Positions 47,620 through 58,362 of a stretch of 64,000 bases of DNA are shown here, in pieces. Each line of letters begins with the position of its first letter. The first letter of the stretch is position 1. The notes beneath the pieces were generated by a model. It had not been told where the DNA came from. It did not search any database and worked only from the letters and a program-made list of their open reading frames with translations. The position numbers were made by a program, and so were the translations under genes. Origin of the DNA: Vitrella brassicaformis CCMP3155 (lineage: Eukaryota > Protista > Chromerida); the NCBI GenBank assembly GCA_001179505.1, contig CDMY01000666.1, positions 124,001-188,000 on the forward strand, read 5' to 3'.

Positions 47620-48117
47620 CTAGATTTCTAGTTCGCGCCACTTTGAGAAGACCATGAATTTGCCATTGTCCCTCATGCGCCACCAGAGGCGGAAGACGAC
47701 GGTGGCGTAGCACATGGGGATGGCGGTCCAGAGCATGAGCTCCGTCCATGCGCGGGCGCCCAGTCCGCCCCACTCGCCGCGGTCCACCTGCCAGAACCAC
47801 AGGTTGAGCCGCGGGTCCAGCGATTTCTTGGGCTTGGCGTTCCAGTCGCTCAGGCTCGTCTCCCCGTTGTACTCCCACCACTTGGCCATCGCCTTCTTGA
47901 CGTAGTGCTGGTGGTTGCGCCAACCGTTCCGAATCAGCCAGTACGCTGGCCCGCCATGACGCGGCAGCTGCACAAACACACACAATCCACACAGCACCGC
48001 ACGAAGCAGGCAGAGAGAGGGAAGGACACGATGAGGGGTGAGCTGGCGGTGTGGTTTGCGCTTCTTTCCGTAGCAGCGTACCATAGGCGGCGCGAGACGC
48101 ACATTGCTGACCCTCAT
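47620..48117 (-). CDS. Small single-TM, Trp-rich protein with mitochondrial-type N-terminus
   Basis: Two exons: MRVSNVRLAPPM|LPRHGGPAYWLIRNGWRNHQHY...WTELMLWTAIPMCYATVVFRLWWRMRDNGKFMVFSKWRELEI* (about 127 aa); strong C/G codon bias. Confidence 0.75.
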   Translation of the reverse strand: MRVSNVRLAPPMVRCYGKKRKPHRQLTPHRVLPSLCLLRAVLCGLCVFVQLPRHGGPAYWLIRNGWRNHQHYVKKAMAKWWEYNGETSLSDWNAKPKKSLDPRLNLWFWQVDRGEWGGLGARAWTELMLWTAIPMCYATVVFRLWWRMRDNGKFMVFSKWRELEI

Positions 48118-48282
48118 CTTGCCCGATGAGGCCCAGCCCTCAAACAACACCTCCCCCTTCGCAAGCTCGCAACTCTCACTCCCGCTTTTTTCTTCCCCTT
48201 TTCTCCAAACGTCGCGATGCGCCAGAAGATGTGCAACAGCCCTTGAATCAGCGCGCGAAATCAGCCCACTGATCTACCCATA

Positions 48283-49928
48283 ATGTCTGACGTCCGCGAG
48301 CGGGACAGGGAGAGGGAGAGGGAGAGGGATGACCGTGATGCCGCATCTGACGGGGGAAACAGGCGGCCGAGAGATCACGATCAAGACGATGAACGAGACG
48401 ACCGCCGTGAGGAGCGGCGAGAGCGTGAGGGTGACAAGCACCGGGAGAAGGAGAGGAAGCGCAAGAGGAGATCTCGGGACGAGTCGAGCGATGAGTCATC
48501 GTCGGAGTCCGATGATGATGTCAGCAGGAGCGCATCGGACAGCGACAGCGAATCTGACAGCTCAGAGTGAGGGAGTGAGTGAGTGAGAAGACGTATACAC
48601 AGACATGCAATGTCATTCGTTGTGTGTGTGTGTGTGTGTGTGCTTACATGTGTGTGCAGGGATGAGCGGCGTCGTCGGAAGCGTCGGAAGAAGGAGAAGC
48701 GTGACAAGGAGCGGCGGAAGGAGAAGAAGAAGGACAAGAAGCGCAAGAAAGATAAGGACAGGAAGAAGAAGAAAAAGAAGGACAAGGGGGACAAGGACAC
48801 CGCCAGGGCGGGGGCGGGTGAGTTTCTTACCACCAATCCACACACGCTGCCACACACAGATGCACCGCACCCGCTAGTTTGCCATGTCTGAGTGTCTTGG
48901 GCTGTGCTGTGGTGCAGTGACTGATCAGTGGGGCAAGTTCGGCCAGCTAGTCGAGACGGACCTGTGGCGGAAGCGGCCTGAGTTCCAGCTATGGCTCATG
49001 GAGGTCAAACAAAAGACGCTGGAGGAACTGTCCAACTGGGTCAGGGAGCGAGGGAGGCAGGGACCCCCGGGCAGTCAGTGCTCACATACATGTGTGTGTT
49101 TGTGTGTTTGTTCGTGTGGTGTGTTCTGTGCAGGAGGAGAAGCAGTTGTTCCGCGACTACATGGAGGACTACAACACAGCCACACTGCCGCACCGCAAGT
49201 ACGCCAACACCACCACACACGTGACCAGCACGACACAGCAACATCGCACTGTGTCGTGCGTGTTTGTGTGTGTTTTGGTGTGTGTCAGGTATTACAGCCT
49301 GCAGGACTACGAGGCCGAAAAAGCCAAAAAGGTGAGACACATGACATACCCGCTATGTTCATACGCACATTGTCGGTGTGTGTGCATCCGTCCACCAGCC
49401 GCCCAAGAAGCGCGTGGAGGAGCCCTCCAATGTCGTCTCGTTCGACGACGAACGATCCAGAAAGTAACACACACGCATCACACACTGGGGAGAGCGGACG
49501 GCGGAGCCCTCAATGCCTTTCTGTCTCTCTCTGCTGTGTGTGTGTCGTCAGGGAGGAGATCCGGAAGATCCGTGACGCGCGGGCCCGTGAGGCGCAGCAG
49601 GAGGCATTTGCTGGCATGGACGAAGAGAAGGTATTCATGCATACACACATCCGCAGGGCACTCGTACGAGCGCCACTGCATGTCCTCTCTCCCTTCCTGT
49701 GTGTGGTGTGTGTCTCGGCGTGTGTGGTCAGGTGGCTGCGATGCGTCGGCAGCAGGGGCTCAAGAACCAAATGCAGACGCTCTTTAAGTGAGACGACTAC
49801 CAACCACACCGCATCAAAGACCAGAGAACGCGCTGGCCATGCGTGTGTGTGAGACTGTGTTTTGTAGGATGGGTCGGTATGACGAGGCCGAGAAGATCCA
49901 GAAGCTGCTACAGCCGGATGAGAAATGA
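48283..49928 (+). CDS. Conserved nuclear RD/K/S-rich protein (SREK1-like annotation class, putative RNA-processing factor)
   Basis: RD/SD/K-rich N-terminus; conserved core WGKFGQLVETDLWRKRPEFQLWLMEVKQKTLEELSNW|EEKQLFRDYMEDYNTATLPHRK|YYSL; ends MGRYDEAEKIQKLLQPDEK* at 49928. Confidence 0.85.
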
Positions 49929-50401
49929 AGCATGTCGTCCGTCACTGTGGCCGGAGGGAGGGAGGGAGGGAGGGAGGGAGGGGTGTGTATGCTGCACTCT
50001 GATGTGACCATGTGCAACATGGACGACTGGTTGAAATGGAATGACGTGAGGCATGGAATAAAGCCGACAGAGTGCGTCTGGTCTGCGCGTGCGGGGAATC
50101 AAACATTAATTCCATCTTGCTCTCTCTTTCACTGCTGCATTACATCCCATCCGTTGTCACTCTTGTGCCATTGAGCGATTCATGCGATGACGGCCACCCA
50201 TCAAGCTCTCTGTCTGTCTGTACAGTGTTGCTTTCCCTTGATCGCTCTGAGCCTCACCCTCTGTCTGTCCCTCTGAGCATTCCTGTTGCAGGCCGCGGGG
50301 GTGGGGAGGAGGGACAATCTGTCAGTCAGTACACAGACGCCGCAGCTGATGCAGGCAGCTACGAGTGCTGGCTACATCTAGCATCATGGGTTGGTTAAGA
50401 T

Positions 50402-52410
50402 CTATCCCTCCTGCTCCTCACAGCCGCCCTCCACCTCTCCCTCCGAGTCATCGCCCTCCCCATCGCCATCGCCATCGTAGCTATCATCATCCGCTCCCAC
50501 GTTTGTCGCCACCTCGGCGGCCTGCACCACATGCTGCTGATAGAGGGCCTGCAGACGCTCCTCATCCACACGAGGCCGGAAATGGAGGAACAGAAACCGC
50601 ACCGCCTGCGTGATTAAGACACAACCAGACAGTTAACAAGCTGACAGTGTGTATTCGCTACGCGTGGGATGCAGGTGACTCACCTGAATTGCGATCCCAT
50701 GTCATTGTGTGTCTGCAGCGCTGCTACCTTGTCCACGCCGCCGGCCTGCACGGAGGTCAAAGAAAGATAGCCGTGTGGATGTTGGTCGCTCCCCATTATG
50801 CTCTCTCTCTCTCGTTGTCTCACCTGCTCTAGTAGTGTGCAGTAGGGGTTGTCGGGGAGGCCCTCGTTGGCCTGCTTCTGACGACCCACACTGCACACAC
50901 GAATGCAACATGCCGGCAGCAGACATGAGCAACACACAAGCAGGTGGGCGTTGGACCTACCTTAGTACGTCATCCAGCGCTGAGAGGATGGACTCCAACA
51001 CCTCACCGTCATCTTCGGCGCCATTGAGCAGGTCACATATGGGCCGAATGCCGCCGCACTCAACCACATAGTCAATCTGCACGATTTAGCGGACAGGTAC
51101 ACACCCGCCCACACAAATGTGCCACACACGGCACAGGAAATAAGTCGTGTGTGGCCGGCTGGCAAACATACAAACCTGTTGCTGCGATCCTCTGACTACA
51201 ATACTGCCGATATTCGCTGCTGCCCTCTTCTTCAGGTCGGCATCGCTGTCCCCGCTGGCCACCAGGTCAACCAGCAGAGGGACCAGGCCGCCATCGATGA
51301 GCGTCTGCACATGGGCAGTGCTGCCTGCATCCAATCAGCCCACCCAAACAGCACAGCACCCTACACATGACGTGGGTGGATCTATGTGTGTAGCTGTCTT
51401 ACCTAGAGCCAGGAACTGCACTATCGCACAAGCGACAGCTTTGATCTTTGGCTCGGCCATCTGCAGCAATGGCTTGATCGACGCGACGGCGCCACACTCG
51501 ACCAAAGCGTCAAGGTCAGCATCGGTACCTGTGGGGCAGGCAGGACACAATGAGCCATGTACGCAGCCAGTGATGGTGTTTGGTGCACTTTCACGGAAAC
51601 TCACCTTGCTCATTGAATTGAATCACAAATTGTTGCAGCGCCCCTCGTGCGCATTGCAGCACATTGTCGTCCTGCTGCGGCGCGGCGATGAGACCGACCA
51701 GCACCGGCAGGAAGGGCACCAACTCGGCCAGTGGGACAGGGTGGGGCGAGTTCTCGGAGACACTCCACAGATAGCACAGCAGGTAGGCACTCCCGGTCAG
51801 CACGGCGACGTTGCTGCTCTCGCGCATCGCCTTCAGCAGCGGCTGCAGGACGCCGGCGGCCAGCACGGCATCGCGACAGGTCGATGACTCCGTCGTGATA
51901 ATGCACAGCGCCGCGATGGCCGCTCCACGCACATTGTCATCGGCTGACGACACGAGCTGCACCAGGGGCGGGACGGCACCCGCATCCACCACCAAATCGC
52001 TATGATGCCTCGCCAGTCTGCTAAGGGCCAATGCTGCGGGTTTCTGCACCTTGTCGCACCCGCTCAGCTGCTCGACCAACACAGGCACCAGACCCGCATC
52101 GATGGCCTTCTCCTCGATTGTGCCAGCCATGTGCTCGATGAGGAGCAGCCGCGGCAGCAGTCCAATGGCGCTGATGCAAAGCTGCGGATCACTGGCCGAG
52201 GCGGAGGCTATCAGGTTGCATATGTCGGTCATTGTGGCGGCAATGTCGGCCTCGACGGCATCCAGCCCTCGCTGCTGCACTGACTGGTCGTACGCCTCCT
52301 TTGTCCTGTTGGATTTGTACAGGTCCCTCGCCTTGTTCAGCACTGCTTGGGGTGAGGGATGGCCATCTGTGGTGCTGACGGCCTCTTCTGTGCTGCCCGA
52401 CGACTCCATC
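50402..52410 (-). CDS. Divergent importin-alpha-like ARM-repeat protein (no IBB domain, degenerate NLS-binding residues)
   Basis: ARM repeats AIDAGLVPVLVEQL, VVDAGAVPPLVQLVSS, RDAVLAAGVLQPLL, IDYVVECGGIRPICDLL, NPYCTLLEQAGGVDKVAALQTH; acidic C-terminus; ATG 52410 follows a 5'-UTR intron. Confidence 0.8.
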
Positions 52411-52841
52411 TCGTCAACCTGCGAAGGCCAGCACACATACAGACCACGCGGAATGGTCCCATGGCCGTCTGTCCTCCTGACCTGTCCACGTCCGCAATGT
52501 TACGCTGCTCGCCCAGATCTCACGACCGACACCTGACCTGAGAACCAGCGAGAGAACGGATACATGATGACACGAGATGAGATAGATCTGCAGCAGGGAT
52601 GCTTTCAGTCACCGTCGTGTGTGCAGGCTGTGATGCTGGAGGCTCACGGGACCGACGAAACGCAACGGAAGCGGGGGAATCAGCGAGCCGAGGACGACGA
52701 TCGAATGTATGCCTTTCACACTTCTTTCTGGCTGTGTGGCCGCAGATCTGGACCTACGGTGCTTCAGCAGCCACTAACAAATCTTCTTGTCAAGCTTCGT
52801 GAAGAAAAGCGGTTGACGACTGATGACGGACTCATCTGCTG

Positions 52842-53773
52842 ATGGCGGGTTGCGGCAATGAGGGAGATGGTGACGTCCGGATGCCGGCGGCCGTCAAGGA
52901 GAGGCTCGCCATCTCTCACTACTTCGAGATCGAGAACATTGGTCATCAGGCGGACAGCCGGGTCATCCAGTCGCTCTTCGGCGGCTGCACATTGGTGACG
53001 GAGCCTCTTATTCATCTAGCGGAGCGTCTGCCGGCCGCCATTGAGCGATGCCGAGAGGGAGGGGAAGAGGAAAAGGAGAGGGAGGGCGGCCATGTGTGTG
53101 GCTACACTGTGGATGAGACTAAGGGCCCGGCCTTCATCCATCGCACTGCGACGGTCTTCCCTGCGGCTCACATCGAGGGACCATGCTATATCGGACCAAA
53201 TGTAAGTGACCGAGTGCACTGACCAATATGCTTATGCTCATGTGTGTGTGTTTCTCTGGTGTGCAGGCGACTGTGGGTCATGCTGCGTACGTCCGGAGCA
53301 ACACGGCCATGTGTGAGAACGCCATCGTCGGCCACTCGAGCGAGTGCAAGCACTCCATTTTGCTGCCCCACGCACACGCCCCGCACTTCAACTACGTCGG
53401 CGACTCGATCATCGGCTGGCGTGTCAACCTGGGTGCGGGCACCAAGCTCTCCAACCTGCCCATGATGAGCCTCGAGGACATCAACACACAGCAGCAGCAG
53501 CACAAGACACCTGCTGACGTCAGAACCGTCAAGATCAGGATCAAGCCATCGCCGGGAGAGGATTGCGACTATGTGTTCGACACGTCGCTGGTGAAGATGG
53601 GGGCCGTGCTGGGCGACGGCGTGCAGACGGGCTGCAATGTGGTGTGCAACCCGGGTGTGTGTGTGGGGCGGGGGACGCTGGTGTATGGTGGAGTGTGTCT
53701 GCGGGGCGGATACTATGCCCCCAGACAGATTGTCAAGCTGAGACAGGAAATAGAGATCAGCCAGAGGTGGTAG
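52842..53773 (+). CDS. Stand-alone left-handed beta-helix acetyltransferase (GlmU C-terminal / LbH_G1P_TT_C-like)
   Basis: Hexapeptide repeats and family motifs IEGPCYIGPN|ATVGHAAYVR..., HAPHFNYVGDSIIGWRVNLGAGTKLSNL, KMGAVLGDGVQTGCNVVCNPG; one intron at about 53202-53266; no N-terminal nucleotidyltransferase domain. Confidence 0.88.
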
Positions 53774-53953
53774 GGACCAGTAGATGTAGCTCAGCAGTGA
53801 TTGACTGACAGCGTTGACTGAGCTGTTAGAACTCTTCTACTACCTACTGACTTGCACGAGAACCATTTAAATATTTATCTGTTCATCACATCGACAACCC
53901 CACAGCGGAGAAACGATTTACAGCATTTGTAAACGGATTTGAAACCACTTTCG

Positions 53954-54228
53954 ATGCGGGGCGTTTCAGCCTTCTTCAGCGCCGTCTGGGTGGCCATTTG
54001 CTCGTTGGTATGGCCCGACCTGAAGCAACTGACCGTCCCTCAACTTGCGAAGCGCCTCTCGAGCCGGTTTTCCTTCGTCAGCCTCAGTGCCCTCCGTGAG
54101 CTCAGTCGACGGCTGTGGTCAGATCTCGGACGCTGGTGTATGGTGGAGTGTGTCTGCGGGGCGGATACTATGGGCCCAGACAGATTGTCAAGCTGAGGCA
54201 GGAAATAGAGATCAACCAGAGGTGGTAG
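53954..54228 (+). pseudogene. Chimeric remnant: importin-alpha 5' fragment fused to the LbH gene 3' end
   Basis: 53954 to about 54110 is a diverged copy of the importin-alpha start (MRGVSAFFSAVWVAICSLVWPDL...), joined at about 54128 to the last 100 bp of the LbH CDS. Confidence 0.8.
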
Positions 54229-54723
54229 CTAGGCACCAGTAGATGTAGCTCAGCAGTGATTGACTGACAGCGTTGACTGAGCTGTACATGTTAGAAATCC
54301 TCTACTGACTTGCACGAGATCCATTTATCTGTTCATCCCATGGCAGCCTTGGACCCCCCTAAGCGATTTACAGCATTTGTAAACAGATTTGTCTGAGGAG
54401 ATGCGGGGCGTTTCAGCCTTCTTCAGCGCCGTGTGGGTGGCCGTTTGCTCGTTGATATGGCCCGACCTGAAGCAGCTGACCGTCCCTCAACTTGCGAAGC
54501 GCCTCTCGAGCCGCTTTTCCTTCATCAAGATCAGACTGAGTGCCCTCCGTGAGCTGCACCGGCGTGTCAAGGAGAATCGCCACGCGGCCACCGACGCCAT
54601 TCATGCGCTGCCGGTGCTGGTGCGGCTACTCAAGAGCTGCCAGCCCATGATTGTGAGAGAGGCGGCCAGATGCCTGGCAGCCATCGCCATCATCGCTGCT
54701 GACGACCTCGATGCGGCTGCTGC
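54128..54723 (+). repeat. Near-identical direct repeat of 55117-55712 (LbH 3' end, spacer, importin-alpha 5' part)
   Basis: Offset 989 bp; only one substitution noticed by eye (gcagccatc versus gcagctatc); ends at the N gap. Confidence 0.9.
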
Positions 54724-55023
54724 NNNNNNNNNNNNNNNNNNNNNNNNNNNNNNNNNNNNNNNNNNNNNNNNNNNNNNNNNNNNNNNNNNNNNNNNNNNNN
54801 NNNNNNNNNNNNNNNNNNNNNNNNNNNNNNNNNNNNNNNNNNNNNNNNNNNNNNNNNNNNNNNNNNNNNNNNNNNNNNNNNNNNNNNNNNNNNNNNNNNN
54901 NNNNNNNNNNNNNNNNNNNNNNNNNNNNNNNNNNNNNNNNNNNNNNNNNNNNNNNNNNNNNNNNNNNNNNNNNNNNNNNNNNNNNNNNNNNNNNNNNNNN
55001 NNNNNNNNNNNNNNNNNNNNNNN
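54724..55023. other. Assembly gap (300 N)
   Basis: N run between the duplicated units. Confidence 0.99.
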
Positions 55024-55217
55024 ACACGTCGCTGGTGAAGATGGGGGCCGTGCTGGGCGACGGCGTGCAGACGGGCTGCAATGTGGTGTGCAACCCGGGT
55101 GTGTGTGTGGGGCGGGGGACGCTGGTGTATGGTGGAGTGTGTCTGCGGGGCGGATACTATGGGCCCAGACAGATTGTCAAGCTGAGGCAGGAAATAGAGA
55201 TCAACCAGAGGTGGTAG
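55024..55217 (+). CDS. 3' part of a further LbH acetyltransferase copy (5' part lost in the gap)
   Basis: TSLVKMGAVLGDGVQTGCNVVCNPGVCVGRGTLVYGGVCLRGGYYGPRQIVKLRQEIEINQRW*, differing from copy 1 at A>G and S>N. Confidence 0.6.
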
Positions 55218-55389
55218 CTAGGCACCAGTAGATGTAGCTCAGCAGTGATTGACTGACAGCGTTGACTGAGCTGTACATGTTAGAAATCCTCTACTGACTT
55301 GCACGAGATCCATTTATCTGTTCATCCCATGGCAGCCTTGGACCCCCCTAAGCGATTTACAGCATTTGTAAACAGATTTGTCTGAGGAG

Positions 55390-57619
55390 ATGCGGGGCGT
55401 TTCAGCCTTCTTCAGCGCCGTGTGGGTGGCCGTTTGCTCGTTGATATGGCCCGACCTGAAGCAGCTGACCGTCCCTCAACTTGCGAAGCGCCTCTCGAGC
55501 CGCTTTTCCTTCATCAAGATCAGACTGAGTGCCCTCCGTGAGCTGCACCGGCGTGTCAAGGAGAATCGCCACGCGGCCACCGACGCCATTCATGCGCTGC
55601 CGGTGCTGGTGCGGCTACTCAAGAGCTGCCAGCCCATGATTGTGAGAGAGGCGGCCAGATGCCTGGCAGCTATCGCCATCATCGCTGCTGACGACCTCGA
55701 TGCGGCTGCTGCAATGTCCGCTCTCCGGCAGCAACTCTCGTCCCCGCATCTCGATGTGCGCGTGCACGCGGCAAGTGCGCTCTGCCGCATTGCAACTTCA
55801 CGGCAAAGGGTGGGCGTCAACATGGCCTGTCTGCTCGGCGTCATTTCCGACGGACTCAAAAGCGGCGATGCAGCCATCCAACTCGAGGCCGCCGCTGCAG
55901 TTCGCAAGCTGGTCGCCATCGAAGGAGTGCCGCCCATCCAGGAGGCCATCGATGCGGGTGTCGTTCAACCACTCGTGGGGTTGCTCAGTGACTCGAGCAT
56001 GCCGAAGGTGCAGTTTGAGGCGGCGTGGGCGCTGACCAACATCGCTGGGGGCACATCGGAGCAGACGCAGGCCGTCGTTGAGGCTGGTGGCATTCCGCCC
56101 CTCATTCAGCTGCTGTCGTCTGATGGTGACGCGCGCGACCAGGCCATGTGGGCACTGGGCAACATCGCGAGCGATGGGCCACTTTCGCGCGACCTGGTGC
56201 TGGCAGCGGGCGTCATTAAGCCACTGGTCGATCTGCTGCGCGAGAGCAAGAAGGTGTCAATCGTGCGCTCAGCCACCTGGACGCTCTGGAAACTGTGCCG
56301 TGGGCGGCCCCAGCCGCTCTTCGAGTTGGTGTCGCCAGCGGTGCCGGTGGTCGCAGAGCTCATCAAGACGCCTCAACAAGACGCTGAGGTGCTGATTGGC
56401 GCGTGCTGGGCACTGTCATACGTGACCCACGGGAGAGCTGACGAGGACATCGAGGCCGTGGTGGGCAGTGGTGTGTGCGGTCGTCTGGTGCAGCTGATGG
56501 GCCATGACAGCCGTGAGATTCAGCTATCTACAGTGAGTACCGTCGGCAACATCGTCGCGGGTACATAAACGCATACACGGAGGGCTGGGTTGAGGAGAGG
56601 GAGATTAAGGTGGCTGGTCAATGCGTGCCCTGATCTTGTGTGTGTTTGTGTGGTCTCAGGCAATGATGTGCAGACACAGGCAATGATCGAGTGGGGCGCC
56701 ATTCCTGCTTTGCAGGGGCTGCTGTCGTCGCCCGTAGTGCGTATTCGCAGGCAGGCATGCTGGACGATCTCCAACATCATGGCTGGTGGGTGAGCTCAAA
56801 CAAACAAAGCAGTGGGGACAATGGCGTATCTGTGTCTGGTCAGGTTCACGTGAGCAGCGTCAGGCGGTCATCGATGGCGACGTGGTGCCGCAAGTGATCA
56901 CCACAGCCACCACAGACGAGCCGAACGTCAGGAGAGAGGCACTGTGGGCCATCATCAATGGAGTGTTTGGGCGGATCACAGCAGCAGGTACCGATAAGAC
57001 CACCTGGAATGAATGTGCTGTAATGTCATGGTTGTTCAGGTGGAGTATTTGGTTGCGAGTGGTTGCGTCGGGCCGCTGTGTGATCTGCTCGCCGACGGGA
57101 CGGAGGTCGCAATGCTCAGAGGCTCACTCAATGCAGTCCACAACTTTCTGCGGTGCCCTTTCTATCACAACACAAACACCACAACACAAGGCACAGAACA
57201 CCGTGCTTATGCATCCTGTCCGTATGTGTGCTGGTGTCTCTCTTTTCCACAGAGTGGGTGCGCAGGTCCAGGCGCGCGACGGCCTCCCGCACAACCCCTA
57301 CCGCAACCTCCTACAACAGGTAGGTCACATGCGGGCGAAAACAGAAGGCGCCCATCTGCTTGTCGTATGTAGGCCGATGGAGTGGTCAGGCTTTCGCAGC
57401 TGACGCACCACGCCGATGAGAACATACGCACCCTGGTCTGTCGACAGGATGTTTCCCCGCGAATGTCCGTGCATCCACTGGCTGCACTTGTGTTCCTCTG
57501 TTGCATTGGTTCAGTCGGTCGAGGCCATGGAGGCTATGATGATAGAGGAGGACACCGACGTCGGCTCAGAAGGCACCGACACCACCAAGACCAGTGACGG
57601 GGAGGACGGCAGCGAGTGA
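55390..57619 (+). CDS. Importin-alpha paralog with IBB replaced by a hydrophobic N-terminus and extra ARM-like repeats
   Basis: Canonical repeats PPIQEAIDAGVVQPLV, QFEAAWALTNIAGGTSEQTQAVVEAG, DQAMWALGNIASD, ACWALSYVT, RRQACWTISNIMAG, NPYRNLLQQ; acidic tail; stop 57619. Confidence 0.9.
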
Positions 57620-57864
57620 TTGCGGTCTGGGGTGTGTGATGATGTTGTGATTTCTGCCTTGCGAGAGCTGAGGAACATTTGTTCTGGATGGACCAATGTT
57701 CGCACCGTGCATGGACTGACTGCCACACGAATCGACACGACTAAATGATGACAGAGACAGCCCTGTCGACCATACCAATCCACAGAGCCACAAATCATGC
57801 ACCCTATCAGAGACACGCCCACCCACACAAACCACACACACAAAGACCATCATCTATCATGCAC

Positions 57865-58362
57865 CTATCGCCTGCGGAACTTCAGCCTTTCTCGCGCCAA
57901 ACCATATTTCCTCTTTCTCTTTCGACGCACCGACGGCTGCTCTTCATGCCACATTATATCCCTATAGGCCCCGTCTGCCCACGAGCCATACACTGCCTGA
58001 CCAACAGCACCAACAGCAGCACTGTGGCTGAACACATCGATCAAAGCGGTCCCGTTCGGCACCATCGATGGTGTCTCGGTGGTCGTGTTTGTCGTGTTTG
58101 CGCCTCCCAATTTGATTTCCTCCCCCTCCCTCTCTTGCTCCACCTCATCGGCAATCTCTTTCTCGGTGGGTACGGGGCAGAGCCCATAGGTCACCTGAGC
58201 GGCCCTGAAATTGCCGCCAGCCTCCAGTATTCTCGATTCCGAGTAGAGTCTGCACTCGATGGTGAGCAGGCCGCTGTCTGGTGTGTGTTCGGGGTAGTCG
58301 AAGAAGACCTCATAGCAGCGGACCGTTTTGCCCAGCAGCTGCTGCATGCGGACCATGCGCAT
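57865..58362 (-). CDS. Possible last exon of a small hypothetical gene
   Basis: Open frame MRMVRMQQLLGKTVRCYEVFFDYPEHTPDSGLLTIECRLYSESRILEAGG... preceded by a CAG acceptor; no consistent upstream model. Confidence 0.3.
   Translation of the reverse strand: MRMVRMQQLLGKTVRCYEVFFDYPEHTPDSGLLTIECRLYSESRILEAGGNFRAAQVTYGLCPVPTEKEIADEVEQEREGEEIKLGGANTTNTTTETPSMVPNGTALIDVFSHSAAVGAVGQAVYGSWADGAYRDIMWHEEQPSVRRKRKRKYGLARERLKFRRR

Noticed and set aside
12926-53773. GT64 pair, GT34 and the LbH acetyltransferase as a glycan biosynthetic gene cluster
   Set aside because: They are spread over about 40 kb among unrelated genes; no evidence of clustering beyond chance.
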